A stretch of 32,000 nucleotides of DNA from Nanoarchaeum equitans Kin4-M. GTDB taxonomy: Archaea > Nanobdellota > Nanobdellia > Nanobdellales > Nanoarchaeaceae. A program made the translations under genes and the position numbers. Under the pieces are notes generated by a model, which was not told the origin of the DNA, searched no databases, and saw only the letters and a list, made by a program, of their open reading frames with translations. This document shows, one piece after another, positions 1-8,441 of this stretch (its first letter is position 1; the number at the start of each line of letters is the position of its first letter). The DNA lies in contig AE017199.1 of assembly GCA_000008085.1 (NCBI GenBank), positions 1-32,000 on the forward strand. The letters are read 5' to 3'.

Positions 1-879
1 TCTCGCAGAGTTCTTTTTTGTATTAACAAACCCAAAACCCATAGAATTTAATGAACCCAAACCGCAATCGTACAAAAATTTGTAAAATTCTCTTTCTTCT
101 TTGTCTAATTTTCTATAAACATTTAACTCTTTCCATAATGTGCCTATATATACTGCTTCCCCTCTGTTAATTCTTATTCTTATTGATACTGTTTTATAGA
201 AAGTAAAACCTTCGAATATTGCTTCTTCAAAATAAAAGTTCTTCCCACAGAAATTATTATATTTTCTTAAGCTTTGCTCTTTTAGGTCTCGCAACCAATT
301 AGAAAAAGCGCTAAAACTCTTATTTCTAAAATCGTAATACCTATCTTTTACATCTATAATTTTCCATCCATCTTTGATTTGGTTTAAACTAATCTCTATG
401 GGTTCTTCTAAAATGGGCTCTTTCTTTTTTATTAGATTATACTTTTTCAATTCTTCCAATCGCTTAACAAATACCTTATAGTATTTGTCCCCTTTTAATA
501 TTACTATTTTGCCTTCCCTTAATACTATAGGAGTTATAGTAACCCAAGGAAATCTTAATTTTGGATCGAATTTTTTTGTTTTCCTTAATTGGAATTGAGC
601 CAAACCAATAGTTATTATATCTAAATCTTTTATTTTATTATGCAAAACCTCTATAAACCTTTTATCGGGCGAAGATATGATTAAATAATACCTCTTATTC
701 TCTATTATGTCTTTTTTTGGGATTAAGGTAAAATTAAAATATTTCTCTTTCTTCCAATTATGTAACCAAGAGTATTCGGTATTTTTTAATATATTATAAA
801 TGAAACCTTGTATTAGATAGTTAGATAATTGTTTTTTATCTATGCTATTTAGGGCTTTAAGTTCTAATAGCAATCGCAT
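1..879 (-). CDS. cas6: CRISPR-associated endoribonuclease Cas6 (C-terminus may run past window edge)
   Basis: Not in supplied ORF track. Reverse strand from the ATG complement at 879 is open for 293 codons: MRLLLELKALNSIDKKQLSNYLIQGFIYNILKNTEYSWLHNW... ending ...REFYKFLYDCGLGSLNSMGFGFVNTKKNSAR. The Cas6-like N-terminus and the C-terminal G-rich GLGxxxxxGFG motif support the call. Confidence 0.88.
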   Translation of the reverse strand, partial: MRLLLELKALNSIDKKQLSNYLIQGFIYNILKNTEYSWLHNWKKEKYFNFTLIPKKDIIENKRYYLIISSPDKRFIEVLHNKIKDLDIITIGLAQFQLRKTKKFDPKLRFPWVTITPIVLREGKIVILKGDKYYKVFVKRLEELKKYNLIKKKEPILEEPIEISLNQIKDGWKIIDVKDRYYDFRNKSFSAFSNWLRDLKEQSLRKYNNFCGKNFYFEEAIFEGFTFYKTVSIRIRINRGEAVYIGTLWKELNVYRKLDKEEREFYKFLYDCGLGSLNSMGFGFVNTKKNSAR

Positions 880-882
880 TTA

Positions 883-2691
883 ATGAAAAAGCCCCAACCC
901 TATAAAGATGAAGAGATATATTCTATTTTAGAAGAGCCCGTAAAACAATGGTTTAAAGAGAAATACAAAACATTCACTCCCCCACAAAGGTATGCAATAA
1001 TGGAAATACATAAAAGGAACAATGTTTTAATTTCTTCCCCCACAGGTTCGGGAAAAACGTTAGCAGCGTTTTTAGCTATAATAAATGAATTAATAAAGTT
1101 ATCTCATAAAGGAAAATTAGAAAATAGAGTTTATGCCATTTATGTTTCTCCATTAAGAAGTTTAAATAACGATGTAAAGAAAAACTTAGAAACTCCATTA
1201 AAAGAAATAAAAGAAAAAGCGAAAGAGCTTAACTATTATATTGGAGATATTAGAATCGCTGTAAGAACTAGTGATACAAAAGAATCGGAAAAAGCAAAAA
1301 TGCTTAAGCAACCTCCACATATTTTGATTACCACTCCTGAATCTTTAGCTATAATATTATCAACAAAAAAATTTAGAGAACATATAAAGAAAGTGGAATT
1401 TGTTGTTGTGGATGAAATACATGCTTTAGCAGAGTCTAAAAGGGGAACACATTTAGCTTTAAGCTTAGAGAGATTAAACTATCTAACCAATTTCGTTAGA
1501 ATTGGGCTTTCAGCAACAATCCATCCATTAGAGGAAGTGGCAAAATTTTTGTTTGGTTATGAAAATGGGAAACCAAGGGAAGGCTATATAATAGATGTTT
1601 CTTTCGAAAAACCTATAGAAATACAAGTATATAGCCCTGTGGACGATATAATATATAGCTCTCAAGAAGAGTTAATGCGGAACCTATACAAATTTATTGG
1701 AGAGCAATTGAAAAAATATAGAACTATATTAATATTTACCAATACCAGACATGGTGCAGAAAGTGTGGCATACCATTTGAAAAAAGCTTTTCCCGATTTA
1801 GAAAAATATATTGCGGTGCACCATTCCTCTTTGTCTAGAGAAGAAAGATTAGAGATAGAAGAAAAACTAAAAAGGGGCGAATTAAGAATAGTATGCACTT
1901 CTACTTCTTTAGAACTAGGAATAGATATAGGTACAATAGATTTAGTTATACAAATAGGTTCTCCTAAGAGTGTTAATAGGGCATTACAAAGAATTGGTAG
2001 GGCTGGCCATAGATTAGATGAAAAGAGCAAAGGTATTCTAATTGGCTTAGATAGAGACGAACTATTGGAAAACACAATAATAAAATATAGCGCCGACAAT
2101 AGAAGGTTAGACAGAATTCATATTCCAACTAATGCTTTAGATGTATTGGCCCAACATATAGTAGGGATGGGCTTAGAGAAAGAATGGGATCTAAAGGAAG
2201 CATACAATTTAATAAGAAATGCTTATCCCTATAGAAATCTATCGTGGGACGATTATATTAATACTATAAAATATTTGGCTGGAGAGTATACAAAATTAGA
2301 ACATAAAAAAGTATATGCTAAAATAATTTTGAGGGACAATAAATTTAAAACTAAGGGTAGTGTAAGAGCTATTTATTTTATGAATATAGGCACTATCCCC
2401 GAAGAAACAAAAATAGCGGTATATACTTTAGATAATAAAAGAATAGGTTATGTAGAGGAAGAATTTGTAGAAAAACTAGTAAAAGGGGACATATTCGTTT
2501 TGGCAGGAAAAACTTATGAATTTCTATATAGTAAGGGCAATAAAATATATGTTAGACCTGTAAAAGGGGTAAACCCCACAATACCCCATTGGTTTTCTGA
2601 GATGTTACCATTAAGTTATGATTTAGCGATAGAAATACAAAAATTTAGAGAGGAAATAGCCAAAAAATTAGAGAGAGAACCTTTGGACTAA
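883..2691 (+). CDS. lhr: Lhr-type (large helicase-related) superfamily 2 ATP-dependent helicase, short form
   Basis: 602 aa. TPPQRYAI, SPTGSGKT (Walker A), DEIHAL (DExH), SATIHPLEEVAKFL and QRIGRAGH motifs. Ends inside the post-helicase domain (NPTIPHWFSEMLPLSYDLA...). Confidence 0.88.
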   Translation: MKKPQPYKDEEIYSILEEPVKQWFKEKYKTFTPPQRYAIMEIHKRNNVLISSPTGSGKTLAAFLAIINELIKLSHKGKLENRVYAIYVSPLRSLNNDVKKNLETPLKEIKEKAKELNYYIGDIRIAVRTSDTKESEKAKMLKQPPHILITTPESLAIILSTKKFREHIKKVEFVVVDEIHALAESKRGTHLALSLERLNYLTNFVRIGLSATIHPLEEVAKFLFGYENGKPREGYIIDVSFEKPIEIQVYSPVDDIIYSSQEELMRNLYKFIGEQLKKYRTILIFTNTRHGAESVAYHLKKAFPDLEKYIAVHHSSLSREERLEIEEKLKRGELRIVCTSTSLELGIDIGTIDLVIQIGSPKSVNRALQRIGRAGHRLDEKSKGILIGLDRDELLENTIIKYSADNRRLDRIHIPTNALDVLAQHIVGMGLEKEWDLKEAYNLIRNAYPYRNLSWDDYINTIKYLAGEYTKLEHKKVYAKIILRDNKFKTKGSVRAIYFMNIGTIPEETKIAVYTLDNKRIGYVEEEFVEKLVKGDIFVLAGKTYEFLYSKGNKIYVRPVKGVNPTIPHWFSEMLPLSYDLAIEIQKFREEIAKKLEREPLD

Positions 2692-3189
2692 ACTTTCTAA
2701 GATTTTGCTTTTTATTATTAGTTGGCCATCCTTTTCTTCAATAACATCTTTATAACCAAGGTTTTGAGCCAATTTTTCTAAAAATTCTTTTCTATCCAAT
2801 TTCTTTATATCCTCTATAATAATTTTTATTTTTTTCCCTGCCAATGGATGGTTAAAATCCACTAAAACTCTATCACTATTAACAGTTAAAACTATTCCGG
2901 TTTTGCCATCCATATTAACTACTAACCCAGGAATTGGTATTAATCTATTTTCTCTAAAAACTTTTGCAGGCACTATCACTATATTTTTCGGATTTCTTTT
3001 TCCGAAAGGATTATTATTTTCATCGAATTCTAATTCTATTTTTTCTCCTTCTTTGCCAATCAAATTATTCTCAATTTCTTTATTATATAACCCAGAGCCC
3101 AGCTTTGTTAAAATCTTATCCTCTAACAAAAGCTTTTCTCCTTCGTAAATTTTTATTTTCCCCTCTATATAATCGCCCTCTTTTAACAT
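2668..3189 (-). CDS. FKBP-type peptidyl-prolyl cis-trans isomerase, SlyD-like
   Basis: 173 aa with EGDYIEGKIKIY...GSGLYNKEIENNLIGKEGEKIELEF, and VDFNHPLAGKKI, typical of archaeal SlyD-like FKBP. Confidence 0.85.
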   Translation of the reverse strand: MLKEGDYIEGKIKIYEGEKLLLEDKILTKLGSGLYNKEIENNLIGKEGEKIELEFDENNNPFGKRNPKNIVIVPAKVFRENRLIPIPGLVVNMDGKTGIVLTVNSDRVLVDFNHPLAGKKIKIIIEDIKKLDRKEFLEKLAQNLGYKDVIEEKDGQLIIKSKILESLVQRFSL

Positions 3190-3207
3190 CGCCTTACTAA
3201 TAAAAAA

Positions 3208-3217
3208 TTTTTAAAAG
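3208..3217 (+). promoter_or_regulatory. Candidate archaeal TATA box (TTTTTAAAAG) for the tRNA-half gene
   Basis: AT-rich box roughly 25 nt upstream of the sharp transition to the GC-rich block starting about 3236. Confidence 0.45.
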
Positions 3218-3235
3218 CTTATAATATATTACTCT

Positions 3236-3289
3236 GCGGCGGCCAGGGGGGAAACCCCCAGGTCCCCGGTTCAAATCCGGGCCCCGCGT
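3236..3289 (+). tRNA. Candidate split-tRNA 3' half (isoacceptor not assigned)
   Basis: GC-rich leader GCGGCGGCCAGGGGGGAA, then A38?, CCCCC (39-43), AGGTC (44-48), T arm CCCGG-TTCAAAT-CCGGG (3265..3281), acceptor 3' strand CCCCGCG (3282..3288), T73. No D arm or 5' acceptor strand upstream, where the sequence is AT-rich. Confidence 0.65.
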
Positions 3290-3748
3290 CTATATGTCTA
3301 CAATAAATTCTATAACATATTTCGCCCTCCCTTCCCTTTTAATATCTAAACCATGCCATGTTACAGCTTTTACTTCTTTTTTAAAATTATGCTTCTCCAT
3401 AGAATAAGGCTCCCCCATAGCATATCCTTTTAAATACCATTGCTTTTTGCCATTCTTTATTCTTCTCAAATTTTTTATTTTAAAAAATCCAAAAGCTATC
3501 TTTTTTATATAGAATTGGGCCAATATATTAGATAACCAATCATATAAAACTTCGCTAGCGTAATCGCCATAGCTTTCTATTTCTATTTTTTCGCTATCGC
3601 TTTCTACTTTATCTACATCATATATTAGATGTAACATCCCAGCTGCGGCAGAGTAAAATGCATGTTTCAAATTCCTACCATATGCTTTTATCATTACATC
3701 AGCGGTATGGTCTAAATATTCAAAACAATAATCCCTAATGCAAATCAT
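3290..3748 (-). CDS. Archease (activator of RtcB-type tRNA ligase)
   Basis: 152 aa with YLDHTADVMIKAYGRNLKHAFYSAAAGML... and C-terminal YVIEFIVDI, characteristic of archease. Confidence 0.88.
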   Translation of the reverse strand: MICIRDYCFEYLDHTADVMIKAYGRNLKHAFYSAAAGMLHLIYDVDKVESDSEKIEIESYGDYASEVLYDWLSNILAQFYIKKIAFGFFKIKNLRRIKNGKKQWYLKGYAMGEPYSMEKHNFKKEVKAVTWHGLDIKREGRAKYVIEFIVDI

Positions 3749-4665
3749 TGCTTTTCTATGACTTCTACTTTAAACACTTTTAGATAGGGTTTAATATCCC
3801 GACCAAACATTTTATTTAGCTCTTCATATTCTTTTTTTGGTAAAACGAATTTGTTATCTAATTTAACCCAGCGCTTTGGCAATTCGATAGATAATCTCTC
3901 TAATATGTCTTTCCTAGTTAGGTTCTCTTTTATTGCCTCTTCAATAGTTTTGTTTTCGAATTTGACTTTTAATAATATTGATATTATTCTGTTAAACCTA
4001 TCTGGTACCCCTTTGGTTTTGCCATAGAATTCGATTCTTTTTCTAGGAAATTCTTTAAACAATTCTTTAGTCCATGGTCTATTTTGTCCCAAATCTACTA
4101 TACCCCCAATTAGAAATATATTGTTCTCTTTTATGTCCTTTTCAGTTAATATTTCATCGGCATTTGGATCTAAAGCGATGCCATTTAATGGATAGTCTAA
4201 TCTTAAAATTTTATTGTTCCCCAATTTATGGGAAATAAAATTAAATAACTCTCTATTAGCTACTAAAGCTAAATGCCTATCCCATAGATATTTTCTTACT
4301 TCTATTAAACTGGCTAGTATCTCTTTTATTATTCTGCGCTTTTCTTTTTCGGTATGCCTATTATAGTAACGCAAATCTATTATAAATAATGGGTATTTGG
4401 GCAAATTTAATTCTGGTTTTACCCCTTGTTTGGATAAAATAGCATCACTATAGTAAGGGCCTTTCCTATTTAATAGATAGAATTCCCCCTCTTTGTATAA
4501 AGGGATGCCTCCCTCTTTTTTGAAATCTATTCTATAATCATTAAGCAATATTTCTAATAACACCGATTGGAATGGATTTAAATAAGACCTAAGTTTTCTT
4601 CTATTTAAATGCAAAAAATATATATTGTGCTCTTTAAGCCATTCTAACAAATATTTATAGAGCAT
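3745..4665 (-). CDS. Trm10-like tRNA (m1G9/m1A9) methyltransferase, SPOUT superfamily
   Basis: 306 aa with IALDPNADEIL...NIFLIGGIVDLG... resembling the Trm10 (Y/F)xIGGIVD signature and archaeal layout. Confidence 0.68.
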   Translation of the reverse strand: MLYKYLLEWLKEHNIYFLHLNRRKLRSYLNPFQSVLLEILLNDYRIDFKKEGGIPLYKEGEFYLLNRKGPYYSDAILSKQGVKPELNLPKYPLFIIDLRYYNRHTEKEKRRIIKEILASLIEVRKYLWDRHLALVANRELFNFISHKLGNNKILRLDYPLNGIALDPNADEILTEKDIKENNIFLIGGIVDLGQNRPWTKELFKEFPRKRIEFYGKTKGVPDRFNRIISILLKVKFENKTIEEAIKENLTRKDILERLSIELPKRWVKLDNKFVLPKKEYEELNKMFGRDIKPYLKVFKVEVIEKQ

Positions 4666-4679
4666 TTATTTACTATTAA

Positions 4680-5090
4680 ATGCAATATAAAGTTTTTTGC
4701 TACTATAGGCCATTCCTAGCTATAATTAAGAATAACAAAATTGTAGAAGTGAAAACTACAAATAAAAAATGCGAGATCTCTTTGGATAAACTATTAGAGA
4801 TGTATGAACCCAATTTGTATTATCCTTATAATTTATTGTATGAATATATGAAAGAGAAAAGGCTATATTTTTACAAAGAGCTAGCTAACTTATTAAAAAT
4901 GCATCCTAGAAAAATAGGCCTAATACTGAAAAAGAATCCTTTGCCTATAATAATACCTTGCCATAGAGTTATTAAATCTAACTATAATATTGGGGGTTAC
5001 AAATTTGGAATAGAATTGAAAAAATATCTATTGATTCAAGAAAAACTTTGTAGCGAAATAAAAAATGGCTATTGCAAACCCAAAGCCTAG
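4680..5090 (+). CDS. ogt: Methylated-DNA--protein-cysteine methyltransferase
   Basis: 136 aa with the active-site motif PLPIIIPCHRVI followed by [17 protein letters not shown]. Confidence 0.88.
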   Translation: MQYKVFCYYRPFLAIIKNNKIVEVKTTNKKCEISLDKLLEMYEPNLYYPYNLLYEYMKEKRLYFYKELANLLKMHPRKIGLILKKNPLPIIIPCHRVIKSNYNIGGYKFGIELKKYLLIQEKLCSEIKNGYCKPKA

Positions 5091-5582
5091 GGTTAGCAAT
5101 ATTAGTTCTTTCTTATCCTTGTTAACAAATGGGTAAATAAACATCAAAGAAATAATTACAAAGGGAAATATTTTTCCTTCTATCGATAAAAATAAACCCA
5201 AACCAATTAAAAAAGAGTTTAGCAATAGGTTATCTTTGTTTATATTTATGAATGGAAATATTATTAACAAAGGTATTAGCATAAAAATATGCGATTCATA
5301 TTCGTCTATATAATAAAAAAACCCTTGCAAATCCCATTGCCCTTTTGTTAGGCTATCAAATATTAAATGGTAAACCAACAAAATAGAAAAAAGCATAACC
5401 ATATTAATTACTACAAAATCATCTATATCTTTTGATTTGGATAATAAATAATAGTTTAATAAAATAAATGGAAATAATAAAGCGAAAAAGCTATTGTATA
5501 TAAAAAGAATTAGGGAAAAAATTATAAAAACTATCGCTACTGCTTCCTTTTGTATTTCCATGCCCAAGAATATTTTCTCCAT
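5028..5582 (-). CDS. Polytopic membrane protein of unknown function
   Basis: 184 aa ORF with several hydrophobic segments. The annotated start overlaps the L37e 3' end; MEIQKEA... at 5561 is a possible alternative start. Confidence 0.6.
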   Translation of the reverse strand: MEKIFLGMEIQKEAVAIVFIIFSLILFIYNSFFALLFPFILLNYYLLSKSKDIDDFVVINMVMLFSILLVYHLIFDSLTKGQWDLQGFFYYIDEYESHIFMLIPLLIIFPFININKDNLLLNSFLIGLGLFLSIEGKIFPFVIISLMFIYPFVNKDKKELILLTLGFGFAIAIFYFATKFFLNQ

Positions 5583-5707
5583 TTTTTAGATTTTCCAAAT
5601 CCACAATGGGCGCAATAACCTTTTCTTACATTGAATGTTCTTCTACCGCATCGCCTACAAGTAACATGAGTATATTTATTTTTCTTTCCAAAGTGCGCCT
5701 CGCTCAT
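5537..5707 (-). CDS. rpl37e: 50S ribosomal protein L37e
   Basis: Not in ORF track because it is short. Translation [56 protein letters not shown], with the CRRCGRR...CAHCGFG zinc ribbon and KxRKYSW of L37e. Confidence 0.95.
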   Translation of the reverse strand: MSEAHFGKKNKYTHVTCRRCGRRTFNVRKGYCAHCGFGKSKKWRKYSWAWKYKRKQ

Positions 5708-5758
5708 TAGTATAGGTTAAGCAACCCATTTATAAAGGTTCGCCATTAGCATTATAAA

Positions 5759-7000
5759 GTGAAAGTCTATTTCGAAAGCTATGGTTGCACACTAAATAAG
5801 AGAGACACTTTATATATGCAAGCACAAATAGAAAATACTACAAACAATTTAGAAGAAGCGGATGTTGTTGTTATAAATAGTTGTATAGTAAAACAACCAA
5901 CCGAAACTAAAATATTGTATAGAATAAACCAACTAAAGAAGATGGGCAAAAAAATTGTTTTAACTGGTTGTATGGTTAGTGAACCATATTTAAAATACAA
6001 AGAATTACAGGACATATCTTTAGTAAACATATACAACCAAGATAGAATTAAAGAAGCAATAGAGAGAACATACAAAGGAGAAAGAGTTTTGTTTTTAGAA
6101 AAGAAAAAAATATACAAAGAATTTGCTAGGCCTTTATCTAAAGCTAGGGCAATAATACAAATCCAAGAAGGTTGTTTATGGAGATGCACTTATTGCGGTA
6201 CAAAGCTAGCGAGATCGATGTTTTATTCTTATCCACCAAAGTTAATAAAAAGAGAAATAGAGGAAAAACTCAAACAAGGAATAAAAATATTTTATTTAAC
6301 GGGCCCTGATACTGCCACTTATGGAAAAGACATTAACTATAGCTTGGCGGATTTGCTAAAAGATTTAATAGAAATAGAAGGCGATTTTTATATAAGAGTG
6401 GGTATGGCTAACCCAACATTTTTCTTAGAGCAAATAGATGAACTAATAGATGTGTTTAAATCAAACAAAATATTTAAGTTCTTCCATTTACCAGTACAAA
6501 GTGGGTCTAATAAAGTGCTAAAAGATATGAATAGGCCCTATACTATAGAGGAATATAAAGAGCTTATTTATAAGCTAAGAAAACATTTTCCTTTAGCTAC
6601 TTACGTTACAGATATAATTGTAGGCTATCCAACTGAAACGGAAGAAGATTTTGAACAAACATTAGAATTGGTTAGGGAAATAAAATTTGATGGCATAAAC
6701 ATAAGCAGATTTTGGAGGAGGCCCGGAACAATAGCTTGGAATTTGAAACAATTGGATCCAGAAATAGTTACTAATAGAGTAAAAAGGTTGAAAGAAGTAT
6801 TCTTACAAGGAGCGTATGAAAGAAATAAGCTATGGCTAAACTGGGAAGGCGAAGCTATAATTGAAGAAAAAGGCAAAAACAATACATGGATTGCCAAAAA
6901 CGAAATGTATAAACAAATAATAGTGAAAGGCAATTATGAAGAAGGGCAAAAAATTAAGGTAAAAATAAAAAAAGCTAGAGCTATTGATTTAATCGCCTAG
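5759..7000 (+). CDS. MiaB-like tRNA methylthiotransferase (archaeal/eukaryotic threonylcarbamoyladenosine type)
   Basis: 413 aa with YFESYGCTLNKRDT, TGCM, the radical-SAM motif GCLWRCTYCGTK, HLPVQSGSNKVLKDMNR and a C-terminal TRAM-like segment. Confidence 0.92.
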   Translation: MKVYFESYGCTLNKRDTLYMQAQIENTTNNLEEADVVVINSCIVKQPTETKILYRINQLKKMGKKIVLTGCMVSEPYLKYKELQDISLVNIYNQDRIKEAIERTYKGERVLFLEKKKIYKEFARPLSKARAIIQIQEGCLWRCTYCGTKLARSMFYSYPPKLIKREIEEKLKQGIKIFYLTGPDTATYGKDINYSLADLLKDLIEIEGDFYIRVGMANPTFFLEQIDELIDVFKSNKIFKFFHLPVQSGSNKVLKDMNRPYTIEEYKELIYKLRKHFPLATYVTDIIVGYPTETEEDFEQTLELVREIKFDGINISRFWRRPGTIAWNLKQLDPEIVTNRVKRLKEVFLQGAYERNKLWLNWEGEAIIEEKGKNNTWIAKNEMYKQIIVKGNYEEGQKIKVKIKKARAIDLIA

Positions 7001-7074
7001 TGGGCCCGGCGGGATTCGAACCCGCGACCTCCCGGTTATCAGCCGGGCGCTCTGCCAGGCTGAGCCACGGGCCC
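7001..7074 (-). tRNA. tRNA-Ile(GAU)
   Basis: Reverse strand GGGCCCG TGGCTCAGCCTGGCAGAGC GC CCCGG CTGATAA CCGGG AGGTC GCGGG TTCGAAT CCCGC CGGGCCC A. Complete cloverleaf, 74 nt, anticodon GAT. Confidence 0.93.
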
Positions 7075-7104
7075 AGAGCTAGTATAAGCAACAATTTAAA
7101 ACTT

Positions 7105-7401
7105 TTATATTTGGAAAAATATTACTTTAATATCTCTTTTGGTTTGCTTTATTTTCTCTTTCGGCTTATAATATACAATATAGTCCCCATTTAATTGTTC
7201 ATATTTTTCTACTCCATATTGTTTGTTTAGTTTTTCCGATAATAAAACGGCTAAATCCTCAAAATAATCATAAGTCCCACAAGTAAAACAGATATGCCCT
7301 GAAAATAGCACTATTATAGTGTCGTCCTTTATTTCTAATAATTTGCAATTGGCTTTATGCAATCTATTAAACTCTTCTATAACTTGTTCTATCTCTTTCA
7401 T
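7105..7401 (-). CDS. Small conserved-looking protein of unknown function with a CxxC motif
   Basis: 98 aa (MKEIEQVIEEFNRLHKANCKLLEI...GHICFTCGTYDYFEDL...). 4-nt overlap with the upstream ATP-grasp gene suggests co-translation. Confidence 0.6.
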   Translation of the reverse strand: MKEIEQVIEEFNRLHKANCKLLEIKDDTIIVLFSGHICFTCGTYDYFEDLAVLLSEKLNKQYGVEKYEQLNGDYIVYYKPKEKIKQTKRDIKVIFFQI

Positions 7402-8441
7402 ACTATAGTATAAAAGCCTACTCCTCCTCCTTTTGCCACATTCAATATATGATCTTTGGAAAATCTTAATAAAATATTGCCAAACCTTAATTTTTTGTCG
7501 AAAAACGCATAAGGGTTAAAATCATAATAAAATATACCTTTTTTGATTTTATCATCTATATCTAAATATGAAATCTCTCTTTTTGGTATTTCTATAAACT
7601 CTTGGTATACACAGTTATCTCTTTTTTCGAAATAGACTTCTCCATGTGTGCCAAAATATGGTTTACACACATATTTTTTGAATTCTGGTTTAAAAGAGGT
7701 TTTTGCTACAATATCTAAAGCCCAATCTACCTCTTTATCTAAAAAGGCCAAGTTAGCTTTGTTTCCCATTATTGTAAATAGTATATCGTTAATATTTTGT
7801 TTTTCTAACCAATAATCTAGTTTTTTAACTTTATCTATATCTATGGCCCTTCTATATATTGGATAAATTCTATACTTTTTGTTCTCATAGAACTCGCTTT
7901 CCTTAATATATGGGCCTTTTAATAATTTGCTTTCCAAATAGTATTCGTCAACGAACAAATAATTATCGGGATAAACTATAATCGCAGGTTTATCGAATAA
8001 ACTTAAAAATGGCTCTCTATTATATCGAGGTTCGCCAACAAAATCAAAAAGCTCAGAAAACCATTTAGATGTAATATCTAATTGTATTACTCCTTCCACA
8101 GCATCAGCGTTAATTTCTATGAGCTTAAAATTAATCATATCAAATCTAATTATTCCCTTAAATTTGTAATTGTAGTTCTCATAAATTTTTAGATATAAAT
8201 TTTTTCTAAACTCGTCTATAGGATAGCCCTTTAAACTATTATCCAAAAACTCAAATACTATTTCCTTTATTCTTAAAAATATGGCATTTAGCTTTTCCTC
8301 TATCTCTTTTAGTTTTTCCTTCTCTATAAAAAATTCAGTAACTGCTAAAGGTATTCGATATTTGCCTTTAGTTATTGGATATGCTTCTTTTACAAACTCT
8401 ATAATTCCTTCTCGGTTTTCCATAACCCATGTAAAGTACAA
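7398..8441 (-). CDS. ATP-grasp protein resembling glutathionylspermidine synthase-like (YgiC/YjfC-type) enzymes
   Basis: 347 aa with RFDMINFKLIEINADAVEGVIQLD, YVCKPYFGTHGEVYFEK and VYQEFIEIP, matching the order of motifs in the GSP-synthase-like ATP-grasp family. Start may be the internal Met at 8423. Confidence 0.6.
   Translation of the reverse strand: MYFTWVMENREGIIEFVKEAYPITKGKYRIPLAVTEFFIEKEKLKEIEEKLNAIFLRIKEIVFEFLDNSLKGYPIDEFRKNLYLKIYENYNYKFKGIIRFDMINFKLIEINADAVEGVIQLDITSKWFSELFDFVGEPRYNREPFLSLFDKPAIIVYPDNYLFVDEYYLESKLLKGPYIKESEFYENKKYRIYPIYRRAIDIDKVKKLDYWLEKQNINDILFTIMGNKANLAFLDKEVDWALDIVAKTSFKPEFKKYVCKPYFGTHGEVYFEKRDNCVYQEFIEIPKREISYLDIDDKIKKGIFYYDFNPYAFFDKKLRFGNILLRFSKDHILNVAKGGGVGFYTIV

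Noticed and set aside
1662-2099. Minus-strand ORF inside lhr
   Set aside because: Antisense to conserved helicase motifs; Ser/Leu-rich shadow ORF.
3217-3289. Intact conventional tRNA at this site
   Set aside because: Upstream sequence is AT-rich with no 5' acceptor strand, D arm or anticodon-stem 5' strand, and no 5' half is found immediately downstream, so neither an intact nor a nearby permuted tRNA is supported.
7000-7194. ORF + 64 aa, MGPAGFEPATSRLSAG...
   Set aside because: It is a translation of the antisense strand of tRNA-Ile(GAU); GxAGFEPATSRLSAG is the classic spurious peptide from tRNA antisense.
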